DNA from: Ruminococcaceae bacterium UBA1417
Lineage (GTDB): Bacteria; Bacillota; Clostridia; Oscillospirales; Acutalibacteraceae
Length of the DNA: 64,000 bases
Direction of reading: 5' to 3'
Assembly (NCBI GenBank): GCA_002305575.1
Contig: DBPP01000024.1
Span: 3,013 to 67,012, forward strand
The notes under the pieces were generated by a model. That model did no database searches and was not told the DNA's origin. It was given only the letters and a program-made list of their open reading frames with translations. Below are positions 37,425 to 46,839 of this stretch, in pieces (the first letter of the stretch is position 1; every line of letters starts with the position of its first letter). The translations under genes were made by a program, and so were the position numbers.

Positions 37425-39335
37425 TCAATCCATTTCGGGAATGTATCCGTCGGATTCGCGCTCGATGCGCAGGAGGGAAAAGCCGAACGGCGGGAGCTTG
37501 AAGTCCGCCGGGCCGCTTGAGTCGTTCCCATAGGGCGTGCCAAAAATAAACTGCGCGTGGCGGTAGTCGACGTTGGGCAGCACGGCGTTGTCGCCGCTGC
37601 GGTTTACCGCCACGAAGAGCGCCTTTTCCCCGTGTTCCGTCTCCACGTAGCGCTCAAAGGAAAAGATGTCGCCGTGCGCATAGATGCTGCGCAGCTTGCC
37701 ATGTGCCAGAATGTCGTTGTGCTCGCGGCGCAGCAGCGCGATGTAGCGGTACCAGGCGATCAAATCCTCCTCCTCGCGGCCCCACGGGTAGCACGCCCGG
37801 TTGAAGGGGTCGCGATAACCCTCCATGCCGGCCTCGTCGCCGTAATAAATGCAGGGCACGCCCGGCAGCATGAATTGCAGCAGGGATGCCAAACGCAGAC
37901 GCTCCAGCGCCGTTTCGCGCTGGTCGGGCGTCATGTGCTGCGCGCTCTGCCAGGCACGGCCGCGTTCGCCCGCAGGCTCCCCGCCGAGCACCGTCAGTGC
38001 GCGCTCGGTGTCGTGCGTGCCGATGTGGTTCATCAGAATATCGATGACCTGCGGCGGGTAGTTTTCCACGATCGTCTCAATGCGGTCCATCATCAGGGAA
38101 GCGTGTGCGCCGCACAGAAAGCCCAGAATCGCGTCGCGGAACGGGTAGTTCATCACGCTGTCGAGCTGGCCGCCCATCAGGTAGCGCCGCCGCACGCCGT
38201 AGGCGGTTTTGTTGGAGGCGTCCTCCCAGACCTCGCCGAGCACCACGGCATCCTTGTCGTAGCTTTTCACCGCGCGGTTCAGGCTGTCGATAAAGCAGTC
38301 CGGCAACTCGTCGGCCACGTCCAGACGCCAGCCCGAGGCGCCGGCCTCGAGCCAGTGGCGGATCACGCCGTGCTCGCCGTTGATATAGGCGTCGTACTCC
38401 GGGTTCCCCTCGCGGACATTCGGCAGCGTGGTGAAATTCCACCAGCATTCGTAATCGTTCGGCCAATGGCGGAAGGTGTACCAAGCGTAGTACGGCGATT
38501 GCTGCGAGCGGTACGCGCCGCCATCTCCATATCGGCCCTCACGGTTGAAGTAAATGCTGTCGCTGCCCGTGTGGCTGAACACGCCGTCGAGCAAAATGTG
38601 GATGCCGCGCGCCTTGGCCGCCGCGCAGAGCGAGCGGAAATCGTCCTCGGTGCCGAGCAGCGGGTCAATTTTCTCGTAGTTTGCGGTATCGTAGCGGTGG
38701 TTCGAGTGCGATTCAAAGATCGGATTCAGATAAATGCAGGTCACGCCGAGCGATTCCAGATAGTCGAGCTTCTGTTCAATGCCCTTGAGGTCACCGCCAA
38801 AAAAGTCGGTGTTTGTAATTTCGCCCTCAGCATTCAGCCGCCACTCGGGCTGCTCGTACCAGTCTTTGTGCATGGTACGACCGCAGGGAATTTCGGACTT
38901 TTTCTCGCCGGAGCAGAAGAAGCGGTCCGGAAAAATCTGGTACAGTACGCCGCCGGCCAGCCAACGGGGCGTTTCAAAATCCGCGGCGTAGGCGGTCAAC
39001 TGCCAGTCTTCACTGCCGCCCGCACGGGCCTCGCCGCCAATGTCCTTCTTCAGCACGAAGTGGCCGCGGGAAGTGCGCAGCTCAAAATGGTAGAAGAACA
39101 GGCCGGCCGTCTGCGGCGGAAAATGGCATTCCCACCATTCATGGTCGTTGCCGTTCATGCCGCACCAAAACATATCGTAGCAGACGGTTTGGCCATGGGG
39201 GTCCCGCATAAGCAGGTAAGCGGCGGAGCAGTACATGCTGCGCGGAACGGTGATTTTGAAATGAACGCGCGTGCCGACCGGTACGGCGCCGGTGGGGCTG
39301 CGGTATACGGGGTTTCTGGAATTAAAGAACGTCAT
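37425..39335 (-). CDS. Glycoside hydrolase family 13 (neopullulanase/cyclomaltodextrinase-like)
   Basis: YQIFPDRF, GGDLKGI, LDGVFSH, GWRLDVADE, GEVWE, THDTER, PCIYYGDE; ATG 39335. Confidence 0.94.
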   Translation of the reverse strand: MTFFNSRNPVYRSPTGAVPVGTRVHFKITVPRSMYCSAAYLLMRDPHGQTVCYDMFWCGMNGNDHEWWECHFPPQTAGLFFYHFELRTSRGHFVLKKDIGGEARAGGSEDWQLTAYAADFETPRWLAGGVLYQIFPDRFFCSGEKKSEIPCGRTMHKDWYEQPEWRLNAEGEITNTDFFGGDLKGIEQKLDYLESLGVTCIYLNPIFESHSNHRYDTANYEKIDPLLGTEDDFRSLCAAAKARGIHILLDGVFSHTGSDSIYFNREGRYGDGGAYRSQQSPYYAWYTFRHWPNDYECWWNFTTLPNVREGNPEYDAYINGEHGVIRHWLEAGASGWRLDVADELPDCFIDSLNRAVKSYDKDAVVLGEVWEDASNKTAYGVRRRYLMGGQLDSVMNYPFRDAILGFLCGAHASLMMDRIETIVENYPPQVIDILMNHIGTHDTERALTVLGGEPAGERGRAWQSAQHMTPDQRETALERLRLASLLQFMLPGVPCIYYGDEAGMEGYRDPFNRACYPWGREEEDLIAWYRYIALLRREHNDILAHGKLRSIYAHGDIFSFERYVETEHGEKALFVAVNRSGDNAVLPNVDYRHAQFIFGTPYGNDSSGPADFKLPPFGFSLLRIERESDGYIPEMD

Positions 39336-39369
39336 CGCGAGGGCTCCCTTGCAGTTAGTTGGAAAGGGC

Positions 39370-39404
39370 AAAAAGGGCGCCGGAAGTATATTCCGGCGCC
39401 CTTT
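39370..39404 (-). terminator. Terminator downstream of glgP
   Basis: Perfect 14-bp stem AAAGGGCGCCGGAA / TTCCGGCGCCCTTT. Confidence 0.75.
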
Positions 39405-39422
39405 AGAAGGTTGCAGATCAGG

Positions 39423-41852
39423 TTATGCCTTTTTCTTTGCGCCGCCGTTGTCGACAGGTGTAGCAAGCCAGATGGTGTTTGCATAATCGCGGATGGAACG
39501 GTCCGCCGCAAAAATGCCGGCCTTCGCCGTGTTGACGAGGGACATCGTATTCCATTTTTTCTGGTCTTTATACAGGCGTTCCGCTCTCTGCTGGGCGTCG
39601 CTGTAGGAAGCGAAGTCGGCCAGCGCCATATACTGGTCCACATTGAGCAGCGCCTGATGCAGGTTGGAGAAGGTTTTGCCGTCAAAGCCGCGGCCGAGCG
39701 CATCGATCGCCTTGCGGATGACAGCGTTGTTTTCGTACTGGTTGCGCGGGCGGTAACCGGCTGCGCGCAGGCTGTTCACTTCCGGCGTCGTCATGCCGAA
39801 GAGGATGATGTTGTCATCGCCGACCGCCTCGTGGATCTCCACGTTCGCACCGTCGAGCGTGCCGAGCGTGATGGCGCCGTTGATCATGAATTTCATGTTG
39901 GAGGTACCGGAAGCCTCGGTGCCGGCCAGCGAGATCTGCTCGCTGATTTCGGCGGCCGGGGTCAGGAGTTCCGCCCAGGATACGCAGTAGTTTTCCACAA
40001 AGATCACGCGCAGCTTCTGGTTGACGCGCGGGTCGTTGTTGATCGTGTTTGCAAGACATACGATGAACTGCAGGATCTCCTTCGCAAAGTAGTAGCCCGG
40101 CGCCGCCTTTGCGCCGAAGAAGTAGGTGTGCGGTGTGTATTCGGCGTTCGGGTTCTCGAGCAGCCACTGGTAAACGGAGAGGATGTGCAGCGCATTCATG
40201 TGCTGGCGCTTGTACTCGTGCAGGCGCTTGACCTGTACATCAAAGATGCTGTTCGGATCCACGGTCTGCCCCTGAATACGCTTCACATAGTCGGCGAGGC
40301 GCTTCTTGTTCGCAAGCTTGATGGCTGCGAGTTGATCGAGTACAGCGCTGTCGTCCTTGAAGGCCATCAGCTTCTCAAGCTGCATGGCGTCGTGGATGTA
40401 GCCGTCACCGGTCAGCTCCGTGATAAGATCGGCGAGCTTCGGGTTGGCCTGATTCAGCCAGCGGCGGTGCGCGATGCCGTTCGTGACGTTCTTGAACTTA
40501 CCCGGCATCTCGGTATAGAAATCATGGAAAACGCTTTCCTTGAGGATTTCACTGTGCAACTCGGAAACGCCGTTTGTGCTGTGAGCGGCGAGTACGGCGA
40601 GGTTCGCCATGCGCACATAGCCGTCGCACAGCGGCGCCATGCGCCAGATCTTGCCTTCATCGACGCCCTTGCGGCGCATTTCCTCCCAGAAGCGGCGGTT
40701 GATTTCCTCGACGATCTGGTAAATGCGCGGCAGGCGGGACTTGAACAGCTCCACGCTCCAGCATTCGAGCGCCTCGCTCATGACCGTATGGTTTGTGTAG
40801 GCAATTGTGCGGCACACGATATCCCACGCAGCCTCCCAACCGTAGCCGCATTCGTCGAGCATGATGCGCATCAACTCGGGGATGGCAAGCACCGGGTGTG
40901 TGTCGTTGAGGTGAATGGCCGCGAGCTTCGGCAGGTCGTCGAGCGAGCTGTGCGTGTACAGGTGACGGCGGACGATGTCCTGCACGGAGGCCGAAACGAG
41001 GAAATACTGCTGCGCCAGACGCAGGCTCTTGCCCTCGTAGTGATTATCCTCCGGATAGAGGACCTTGGTAATCGTTTCGGCCATGGCGGTCTGCTCCATG
41101 GCGCGGATGTAATTGCCGCTGTTGAAGAGCTTCATATCAAACTCGTTCGCCGCAGCGCGCCAGATACGCAGCACGGAAATGCCCTTGCCGTCCATACCGG
41201 AAACATACAGGTCGTAGGGAATCGCGAGGATGGAGGTGTAATTCTTGTGGCGCACGGAATGGTACTGGTCGTGCCACTGCTCCTCGATAAAGCCGTCGAA
41301 GTGGACCTCAATGGCGTTTTCGTCGACCTTCTGCATCCAGATCTCGCCACCCGGCAGCCAGAAATCCGGCAGCTCCGTCTGCCAGCCCTCCACGAGCTTC
41401 TGGCGGAAAATACCGTACTCGTAGCGCAGGGAGTAGCCCATCGCCGGGTAGCCCTGCGTTGCAAGGCCGTCGAGGAAACACGCTGCGAGACGGCCCAGAC
41501 CGCCGTTGCCGAGGCCGGCGTCCGGCTCCTGCTCGTAAAGCGCGTCGAGCTTCACGCCCATTTCGCTGAGCGCCTTGCGGAAGTTTTTCTCAAGGCCGAG
41601 GTTAAACAGGTTGTTTTTCAGGGAGCGGCCCAGCAGGAACTCCATGCAAAGGTAGTAGATCTGCTTGGTATTGCTCTTTTCCGCGTTGCGGATAAATTCA
41701 TCCCGGCCGCGCATCAAAAGGTCGCGCACAACCAGCGCGGACGCCTTGTAAAATTCATCGTCGCTGGCGTTCTCACAGGAAACGCCGTAAATGTGGGAAA
41801 GTTTTTCCTGAATCGCGGTCTTGACCTGAGCGACCGTCATGCTGTAATTCAT
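39423..41852 (-). CDS. glgP: Glycogen/maltodextrin phosphorylase
   Basis: DAGLGNGGLGRLAACF, IHLNDTHP, YTNHT, VKRLHEYKRQ, PLP site EASGTSNMKFMING; ATG 41852 with AGGAGG SD. Confidence 0.97.
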   Translation of the reverse strand: MNYSMTVAQVKTAIQEKLSHIYGVSCENASDDEFYKASALVVRDLLMRGRDEFIRNAEKSNTKQIYYLCMEFLLGRSLKNNLFNLGLEKNFRKALSEMGVKLDALYEQEPDAGLGNGGLGRLAACFLDGLATQGYPAMGYSLRYEYGIFRQKLVEGWQTELPDFWLPGGEIWMQKVDENAIEVHFDGFIEEQWHDQYHSVRHKNYTSILAIPYDLYVSGMDGKGISVLRIWRAAANEFDMKLFNSGNYIRAMEQTAMAETITKVLYPEDNHYEGKSLRLAQQYFLVSASVQDIVRRHLYTHSSLDDLPKLAAIHLNDTHPVLAIPELMRIMLDECGYGWEAAWDIVCRTIAYTNHTVMSEALECWSVELFKSRLPRIYQIVEEINRRFWEEMRRKGVDEGKIWRMAPLCDGYVRMANLAVLAAHSTNGVSELHSEILKESVFHDFYTEMPGKFKNVTNGIAHRRWLNQANPKLADLITELTGDGYIHDAMQLEKLMAFKDDSAVLDQLAAIKLANKKRLADYVKRIQGQTVDPNSIFDVQVKRLHEYKRQHMNALHILSVYQWLLENPNAEYTPHTYFFGAKAAPGYYFAKEILQFIVCLANTINNDPRVNQKLRVIFVENYCVSWAELLTPAAEISEQISLAGTEASGTSNMKFMINGAITLGTLDGANVEIHEAVGDDNIILFGMTTPEVNSLRAAGYRPRNQYENNAVIRKAIDALGRGFDGKTFSNLHQALLNVDQYMALADFASYSDAQQRAERLYKDQKKWNTMSLVNTAKAGIFAADRSIRDYANTIWLATPVDNGGAKKKA

Positions 41853-41893
41853 ATGGTACCTCCTAAAGTTGTTACAGACGCAAATTGCGAGAT

Positions 41894-41914
41894 TTTTATG
41901 CATATTGCATAAAA
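41894..41914. promoter_or_regulatory. Candidate operator palindrome in glgP leader
   Basis: Perfect TTTTATGCA-TAT-TGCATAAAA between promoter and RBS. Confidence 0.45.
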
Positions 41915-41953
41915 CAAAATGCTTTAGCACACGAAAATAAGGGATTTATTTAA

Positions 41954-41982
41954 ATTATATACTAAAAACCTTGTGGATTCAA
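41954..41982 (-). promoter_or_regulatory. Sigma-A promoter of glgP
   Basis: Minus strand TTGAAT, 17 nt, TATAAT. Confidence 0.75.
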
Positions 41983-42111
41983 GACCAAACAAGACGAACT
42001 TTGCCAATTCGCTTTGTATGGTTTCTACAGAAAAACGGCGCAAAAGCCCCGCCCCGCTTTGCGGAAGACGCGCAGTGGAGGCGTGGAAGGCTTTGGAATT
42101 TCTCTTTGCCT

Positions 42112-42140
42112 ATTATAGGATACTTTTGAAAAATTAACAA
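42112..42140 (-). promoter_or_regulatory. Second minus-strand sigma-A promoter upstream of glgP
   Basis: Minus strand TTGTTA, 17 nt, TATAAT; overlapped by an imperfect inverted repeat at 42119-42160. Confidence 0.55.
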
Positions 42141-42297
42141 GTTGTTTTTTGAAAAGTATCAGCAAAGACGCCGGTTTTCGGCCGTTTTTGACGGTTGCTG
42201 CGTAAATTTTGCATCCGCTCTCTTTCTTTTTTATCTGAAATGCAATATAATAGGAAAAAGGTAAGCGGTGCGCCGTGTAGAAAGGAAGGCCCAGGAG

Positions 42298-42765
42298 ATG
42301 GAGAAGACAAGATGTAAGTTCAATATATGCGGCGTGGAGGTCACGGTTTCGGGCGATGTGGACCGCGACGCGGCGGAACAGATTGCCGAAACGGTGCGCG
42401 CACGCATGCAGGAGGTGCTCCGCACGGCATACGCGGCTTCGGTGGAGAAAGCGGCGGTGATCACAGCGATGAACCTCTGCGAGGAGCTGGCGCGGCGCGA
42501 AACGGCGCTTCAGGAGAGCGAGGAAAGGGCGGCACGGCTGCAGGAGGAACTGCGGCAGCTCGGCGGTGCGCAGGGGTTGCGGGCGCGGTTGCAGCAGGCC
42601 GAGGGCAAGCTGAAAATCGCCCAGGAGCAGCTCGAGCGGCTGCGCGGACAGGCGGATGCAGAGAAGGCCGTCCCGACCGCTGCGCCGGCCGGAACAATGC
42701 GCAACCCGCTGCGGCCCGATATTGGTGACGAGTCGGGGCTCGTGAGCTTTTTCGCCAAGGAATGA
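42298..42765 (+). CDS. zapA: Cell division protein ZapA family
   Basis: KFNICGVEVTVSG...IAETVRARMQEV...KAAVITAMNLCEEL then coiled coil; zapA-U32-dut order typical of Clostridia. Confidence 0.82.
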   Translation: MEKTRCKFNICGVEVTVSGDVDRDAAEQIAETVRARMQEVLRTAYAASVEKAAVITAMNLCEELARRETALQESEERAARLQEELRQLGGAQGLRARLQQAEGKLKIAQEQLERLRGQADAEKAVPTAAPAGTMRNPLRPDIGDESGLVSFFAKE

Positions 42766-42799
42766 GCGGACGGATGCGGAAAGGACGGGAAACAACGCT

Positions 42800-44884
42800 T
42801 TGACAACGAAAAAAATAGAAGTCCTGGCGCCGGCGGGGAACCCGGCGGCGCTGCAGGCGGCTGTATTCGCGGGTGCGGATGCGGTGTATATGGGCGGCGC
42901 GCTCTTCTCGGCAAGGGCGAACGCCGTCAATTTTTCCCGGGAAGAGATGCGAGAGGCCGTCGCGTTTGCCCGGGAGCGCGGTGTGCGCGTCTACGTGACG
43001 GTCAATACGCTTGTGAAGGATGCGGAATTTGCGCAGGCGCTCGATTTCTGCGCGTATCTGTGCAGCCTGCCGGTGGATGGCATCCTTGTGCAGGATATGG
43101 GGCTTTTCGCGGCTTTGCGCGCGGCGTGCCCCGCTATGCCGCTGCACGCTTCCACACAGATGAGCCTGCATACGCCGGCGGGCGCGGCGCTGCTGCGGGA
43201 GCTTGGCGCCACGCGCGTGGTGCTCGCGCGGGAGATGTCGCTGGAGGAAATCCACGAGGTTGCGGTACAGACCGACGTGGAGCTCGAGGCGTTCGTGCAC
43301 GGCGCGCTGTGCATGTCGCTTTCCGGGCAGTGCTATTTCAGCGCGATGCTCGGCGGCCGCAGCGGCAACCGCGGCCGCTGCGCGCAGACGTGCCGCCTGC
43401 CCTTTGCGGCGCCCGGCGGTACCGGACACGATTTAAGCCTAAAGGACATGTCGTTCATTGCGCATATCGGCGCGCTTGCAGAGGCCGGCGTATGCTCGGC
43501 TAAAATCGAAGGCCGCATGAAGCGCCCCGAATACGTGGCTGCGGCAGTTTCCGCCTGCCGCCACGCCGCAGACGGCGAAGCCGTGCCGCCCGAGCTGATG
43601 GAGGATCTCGGCGCGGTGTTTTCGCGTTCCGGCTTTACGGATGGGTATCTGTCCGCGAAACGTGGACGCGATATGTTTGGCATCCGCACAAAAGAGGACG
43701 TGGAGGGCGCGTCCGGCGCGGTGTTTGCAAGCCTGCACGCGCTTTATAAAGGCGAGCGGCAGCGCGTTCCGGTCGCGTTCCACGCGCGCATTTTTGAGGG
43801 CGAGCATCCCGTGCTTTCCGTTTCGGACGGCGCGCATACAGCGTCGGTCAGCGACGAAGCGCATGTTTGTGCCGCGGCCCAACGGCTGCCGGTCGATACC
43901 GCGCGCTGGCAGGCCCAGCTGCAAAAAACGGGCGGCACGCCGTACCGCTGCACGACGGCGGAGATCGAAACAGACGGGCGCACGGCGATACCGGTTTCCG
44001 TTTTAAATGGGTTGCGGCGCGCGGCGCTCGAGGTGCTCGGCGCGCAGCGCCGCGAAAAAGCGCCCGTTCCGTTTGCGATGCCGGTGCTCGATGTGCACCC
44101 GCACCGCGCCGAGACGCTCGCGCTGCGCGGCGCATTTCGCAGTTCGGAGCAAATTCCCGAAAACGTCGGCGTGCTTGAAACCGTCCAGTTGCCGCTCGAC
44201 ACGCCGGTTGAGACGCTCGACGCGCTGCGCCGCGGTGGGCAGACGGTTCTTGTGGAGATCCCGCGCGCGCTCTGGGGGATTGAGACGGCTGTGCGCGCGC
44301 GTATGGAATCGTTCCGAAGCGAGGGCTTCACGCACTTCTGGTGCGGCAACCTTGGCGCCGTTGCGCTGTGCCGCGCGCTCGGTGTGTCCGCCCACGGCGG
44401 ATTTTCGCTCAACATTTTCAACACGGAGAGCCTGCGCTTTTTTGAATCGCTCGGCCTGTGTGATGCAGAGCTTTCGTTTGAACTGACCGGCGGGGAGATT
44501 GCAGCGCTCGGCGGTACATTGCGGCGCGGCGTACTTGTCTACGGGCGGCAGCCGCTGATGCTTACGCGCAACTGTCCGCTTGCAAATTCGAAAAAGGGCT
44601 GCCTGCACTGCACGCGGCCGCTTTCCATCCGTGATCGGCGCGGCGTGGAATTTCCCGTGCTTTGCACCAAATTTGCGGGAAAACCCGTTTTTTCGGAAGT
44701 TTTCAACAGCGTGCCGCTGACCTTAACCGACACGCTTCGCGCGGGAAATGGCGCGGATTTTGGCGTTTTGCGGTTTTCTGTGGAAAAATCTGTGGAAACC
44801 GGGGAAATCCTGCGCCGCACGATTCGACAGGAAAAGCCGCATTCCGACTATACGCGCGGCCTTTTTACACGCGGTGTGCTGTGA
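42800..44884 (+). CDS. U32-family protein with long C-terminal extension (RlhA-like RNA hydroxylase)
   Basis: EVLAPAG, GADAVY, HASTQ, Fe-S motif EAFVHGALCMSLSGQCYFS...NRGRCAQTCR, KIEGRMK. Confidence 0.88.
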   Translation: MTTKKIEVLAPAGNPAALQAAVFAGADAVYMGGALFSARANAVNFSREEMREAVAFARERGVRVYVTVNTLVKDAEFAQALDFCAYLCSLPVDGILVQDMGLFAALRAACPAMPLHASTQMSLHTPAGAALLRELGATRVVLAREMSLEEIHEVAVQTDVELEAFVHGALCMSLSGQCYFSAMLGGRSGNRGRCAQTCRLPFAAPGGTGHDLSLKDMSFIAHIGALAEAGVCSAKIEGRMKRPEYVAAAVSACRHAADGEAVPPELMEDLGAVFSRSGFTDGYLSAKRGRDMFGIRTKEDVEGASGAVFASLHALYKGERQRVPVAFHARIFEGEHPVLSVSDGAHTASVSDEAHVCAAAQRLPVDTARWQAQLQKTGGTPYRCTTAEIETDGRTAIPVSVLNGLRRAALEVLGAQRREKAPVPFAMPVLDVHPHRAETLALRGAFRSSEQIPENVGVLETVQLPLDTPVETLDALRRGGQTVLVEIPRALWGIETAVRARMESFRSEGFTHFWCGNLGAVALCRALGVSAHGGFSLNIFNTESLRFFESLGLCDAELSFELTGGEIAALGGTLRRGVLVYGRQPLMLTRNCPLANSKKGCLHCTRPLSIRDRRGVEFPVLCTKFAGKPVFSEVFNSVPLTLTDTLRAGNGADFGVLRFSVEKSVETGEILRRTIRQEKPHSDYTRGLFTRGVL

Positions 44885-45005
44885 TTGTGGAAAACTCGGT
44901 GGAAAGCGTGAAAAACTTTTTGCCCAAAAGGAAAAAAGCGGTAAAAAAACCGCAGCATAAAGCCAAAAACTTTTTTCCACAATGCTGTGGAAAGGGTTAT
45001 GCACA
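44779..45005. promoter_or_regulatory. Cluster of DnaA-box-like 9-mers upstream of dut
   Basis: TTWTNCACA matches at 44779-87(-), 44886-94(-), 44973-81(+), 44997-45005(+); 1-mismatch at 44791-99(-), 44907-15(-), 44986-94(-). Confidence 0.7.
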
Positions 45006-45038
45006 AAAATCAACGGTTTTGAAAAGGAGAGACGCAAT

Positions 45039-45491
45039 ATGGAAAACAACAGTGAAATGGTTTTGAAGCTCCTGCGCGTGCGGGAAAACGCCGTGTTGCC
45101 CCGGCAGGCGACAGCCGGCAGCGCGGGTTACGACCTGTGTGCCTGCATCGACGCCCCGCAGACCATCGCACCCGGCGCGCGCGCGGTGTTCCCGAGCGGC
45201 CTTGCGGCGGAAATCCCGCAGGGAACGGCCGGATTTATCTTCACGCGCAGTGGGTTGGGCATCAAAAAGGGGATCCACGTGACAAACGGCGTCGGTGTTG
45301 TGGACAGCGATTACCGCGGCGAGATCTGTGTCGGCCTGCACAATTTGAGCGATGAGCCGTACACGGTGCAGCCCGGTGAGCGCATCGCGCAGATGATCAT
45401 CCTGCCGTACTTTGCCCCGACCATCGTCGAGGTGACGTCGCTTTCCGAGACGGACCGCGGCGCGGGCGGCTTCGGCAGCACCGGAAAATAA
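45039..45491 (+). CDS. dut: Trimeric dUTPase
   Basis: SAGYDL, FTRSGLG, GVVDSDYRGE, ERIAQMI, RGAGGFGSTG; ATG 45039 with AAGGAG SD. Confidence 0.97.
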   Translation: MENNSEMVLKLLRVRENAVLPRQATAGSAGYDLCACIDAPQTIAPGARAVFPSGLAAEIPQGTAGFIFTRSGLGIKKGIHVTNGVGVVDSDYRGEICVGLHNLSDEPYTVQPGERIAQMIILPYFAPTIVEVTSLSETDRGAGGFGSTGK

Positions 45492-45495
45492 AAAT

Positions 45496-45543
45496 CAAGA
45501 TATGGGACGGCTCCAAGGCCGCGCCGCATATCTTGGGATTTTC
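45496..45543 (+). terminator. Candidate terminator after dut
   Basis: CAAGATATG / CATATCTTG outer stem with GC-rich inner stem, followed by ggatttt. Confidence 0.5.
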
Positions 45544-45574
45544 AAGAAAAGTTACAATTTGTAAACTTTTTCGG

Positions 45575-45603
45575 TTGAGAACACGCCGATTTTTTGCTAT
45601 ACT
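45575..45603 (+). promoter_or_regulatory. Sigma-A promoter of mreBCD-pbp
   Basis: TTGAGA, 17 nt, extended TGcTATACT. Confidence 0.7.
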
Positions 45604-45668
45604 TGAATGTGTGATTTTTGCGCCTTTGGCGGTGTGCGGCGGCCGGGGCGCGCTGGGAGGCTATACGC

Positions 45669-46748
45669 ATGGGTTCGATTCGCGCAGATCTTTTCGCGGG
45701 GTTCTCCTCGCTTTTTTCGGTGTTTTCCCGATCGGTCAAGGATATCGGTATCGATCTAGGAACAGCCAATACGCTCGTCTATGTGCGCGGGCGCGGCATC
45801 GTGCTGCGCGAACCGTCCGTCGTGGCGGTGGACGCGCGCACGGAAGAGGTCCTGGCTGTCGGTAAGCAGGCCAAGGAGATGCTTGGCCGCACGCCGGATT
45901 CGATTGTCGCGGTGCGCCCGCTCCAGCACGGCGTTATCGCCGATTTTGAGGTGACGGCGGCGATGCTCAAGTATTTCGTGCGCAAGGCGCTGAAATCGGG
46001 CGCGTTCAGCCGGCCGCACATCGTCATCTGCATCCCCTCGGGCGTCACCGAGGTGGAGCGCCGGGCCGTGGAGGATGCGGCGCGCAGCGCCGGCGCCGGC
46101 CGTGTGGAGCTGATGCTCGAGCCGATGGCCGCGGCGCTCGGCGCCGGCATCGCGATCCACAAGCCGCGCGGCTGCATGGTGCTCGACATCGGCGGCGGCA
46201 CAAGCGAGATGGCGGTCATCTCCTACGGCGACCCGGTCGTGGCTGAATCGGTGCACGTGGCGGGCGACCGGTTTGACGAGGCCATCGTTGCGCACCTGAA
46301 GAAGAAATACGGCGTTGTCGTCGGCGAGCGGACGGCGGAGCAGATCAAAATTCGCATCGGCTCGGCGTATCCGCTCGAAAAGCTGCGCAGCGTCTCGATG
46401 AGCCTGCGCGCCGCGAACGCCGCGGACGGCCAGCCGCGCGATATCACTGTGACGGCCGAGGATGTGCGCGAGGCGCTGATGCTGCCGCTCAAGACTGTAT
46501 TCGAGGCGATCCACAGCGTGCTCGAGCGCACGCCGCCGGAGCTTGCGGCGGACCTGCTCGACACGGGCATCGTGCTTACGGGTGGTGGCGCGCTGCTGCG
46601 CGGACTGGACCGCTTCCTGCACGAGGCGACCGGGCTGCCGGTACATATCGCCGAGCACCCGATGGACTGCGTGGCGCTCGGCGCCGGTAAGACGCTCGAG
46701 GGAGGGGCGTTCATCCCGGCCAACGCGCGTCGGGCGCAGGAGGCCTGA
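45669..46748 (+). CDS. mreB: Rod shape-determining protein MreB
   Basis: IGIDLGTANT, REPSVVA, LEPMAAALG, DIGGGTSE, IVLTGGGALL; ATG 45669 with GGGAGG SD. Confidence 0.96.
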   Translation: MGSIRADLFAGFSSLFSVFSRSVKDIGIDLGTANTLVYVRGRGIVLREPSVVAVDARTEEVLAVGKQAKEMLGRTPDSIVAVRPLQHGVIADFEVTAAMLKYFVRKALKSGAFSRPHIVICIPSGVTEVERRAVEDAARSAGAGRVELMLEPMAAALGAGIAIHKPRGCMVLDIGGGTSEMAVISYGDPVVAESVHVAGDRFDEAIVAHLKKKYGVVVGERTAEQIKIRIGSAYPLEKLRSVSMSLRAANAADGQPRDITVTAEDVREALMLPLKTVFEAIHSVLERTPPELAADLLDTGIVLTGGGALLRGLDRFLHEATGLPVHIAEHPMDCVALGAGKTLEGGAFIPANARRAQEA

Positions 46749-46839
46749 GCCGGCGGGGCCGCGGTTTGGTCTGCCCGGTTTTTAGGAAGGACGTCTCTCC
46801 CCCGAACGGGGCGCGGAGACGCGTATCGCGGAGGTGCAT

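Noticed and set aside
37557-41912. 1451-aa plus-strand ORF antisense to GH13 and glgP
   Set aside because: Shadow ORF from GC-rich codon bias of the real minus-strand genes; no SD or motifs; composition typical of antisense frames.
42000-42110. c-di-GMP-I riboswitch (GGCAAA on the minus strand) or 6S RNA near zapA
   Set aside because: The remaining c-di-GMP-I motifs are absent, and the region lacks the long bulged rod of 6S RNA.
44779-45005. Replication origin
   Set aside because: No dnaA/dnaN/rpmH context and no obvious DnaA-trio or unwinding element; kept as a non-origin box cluster.
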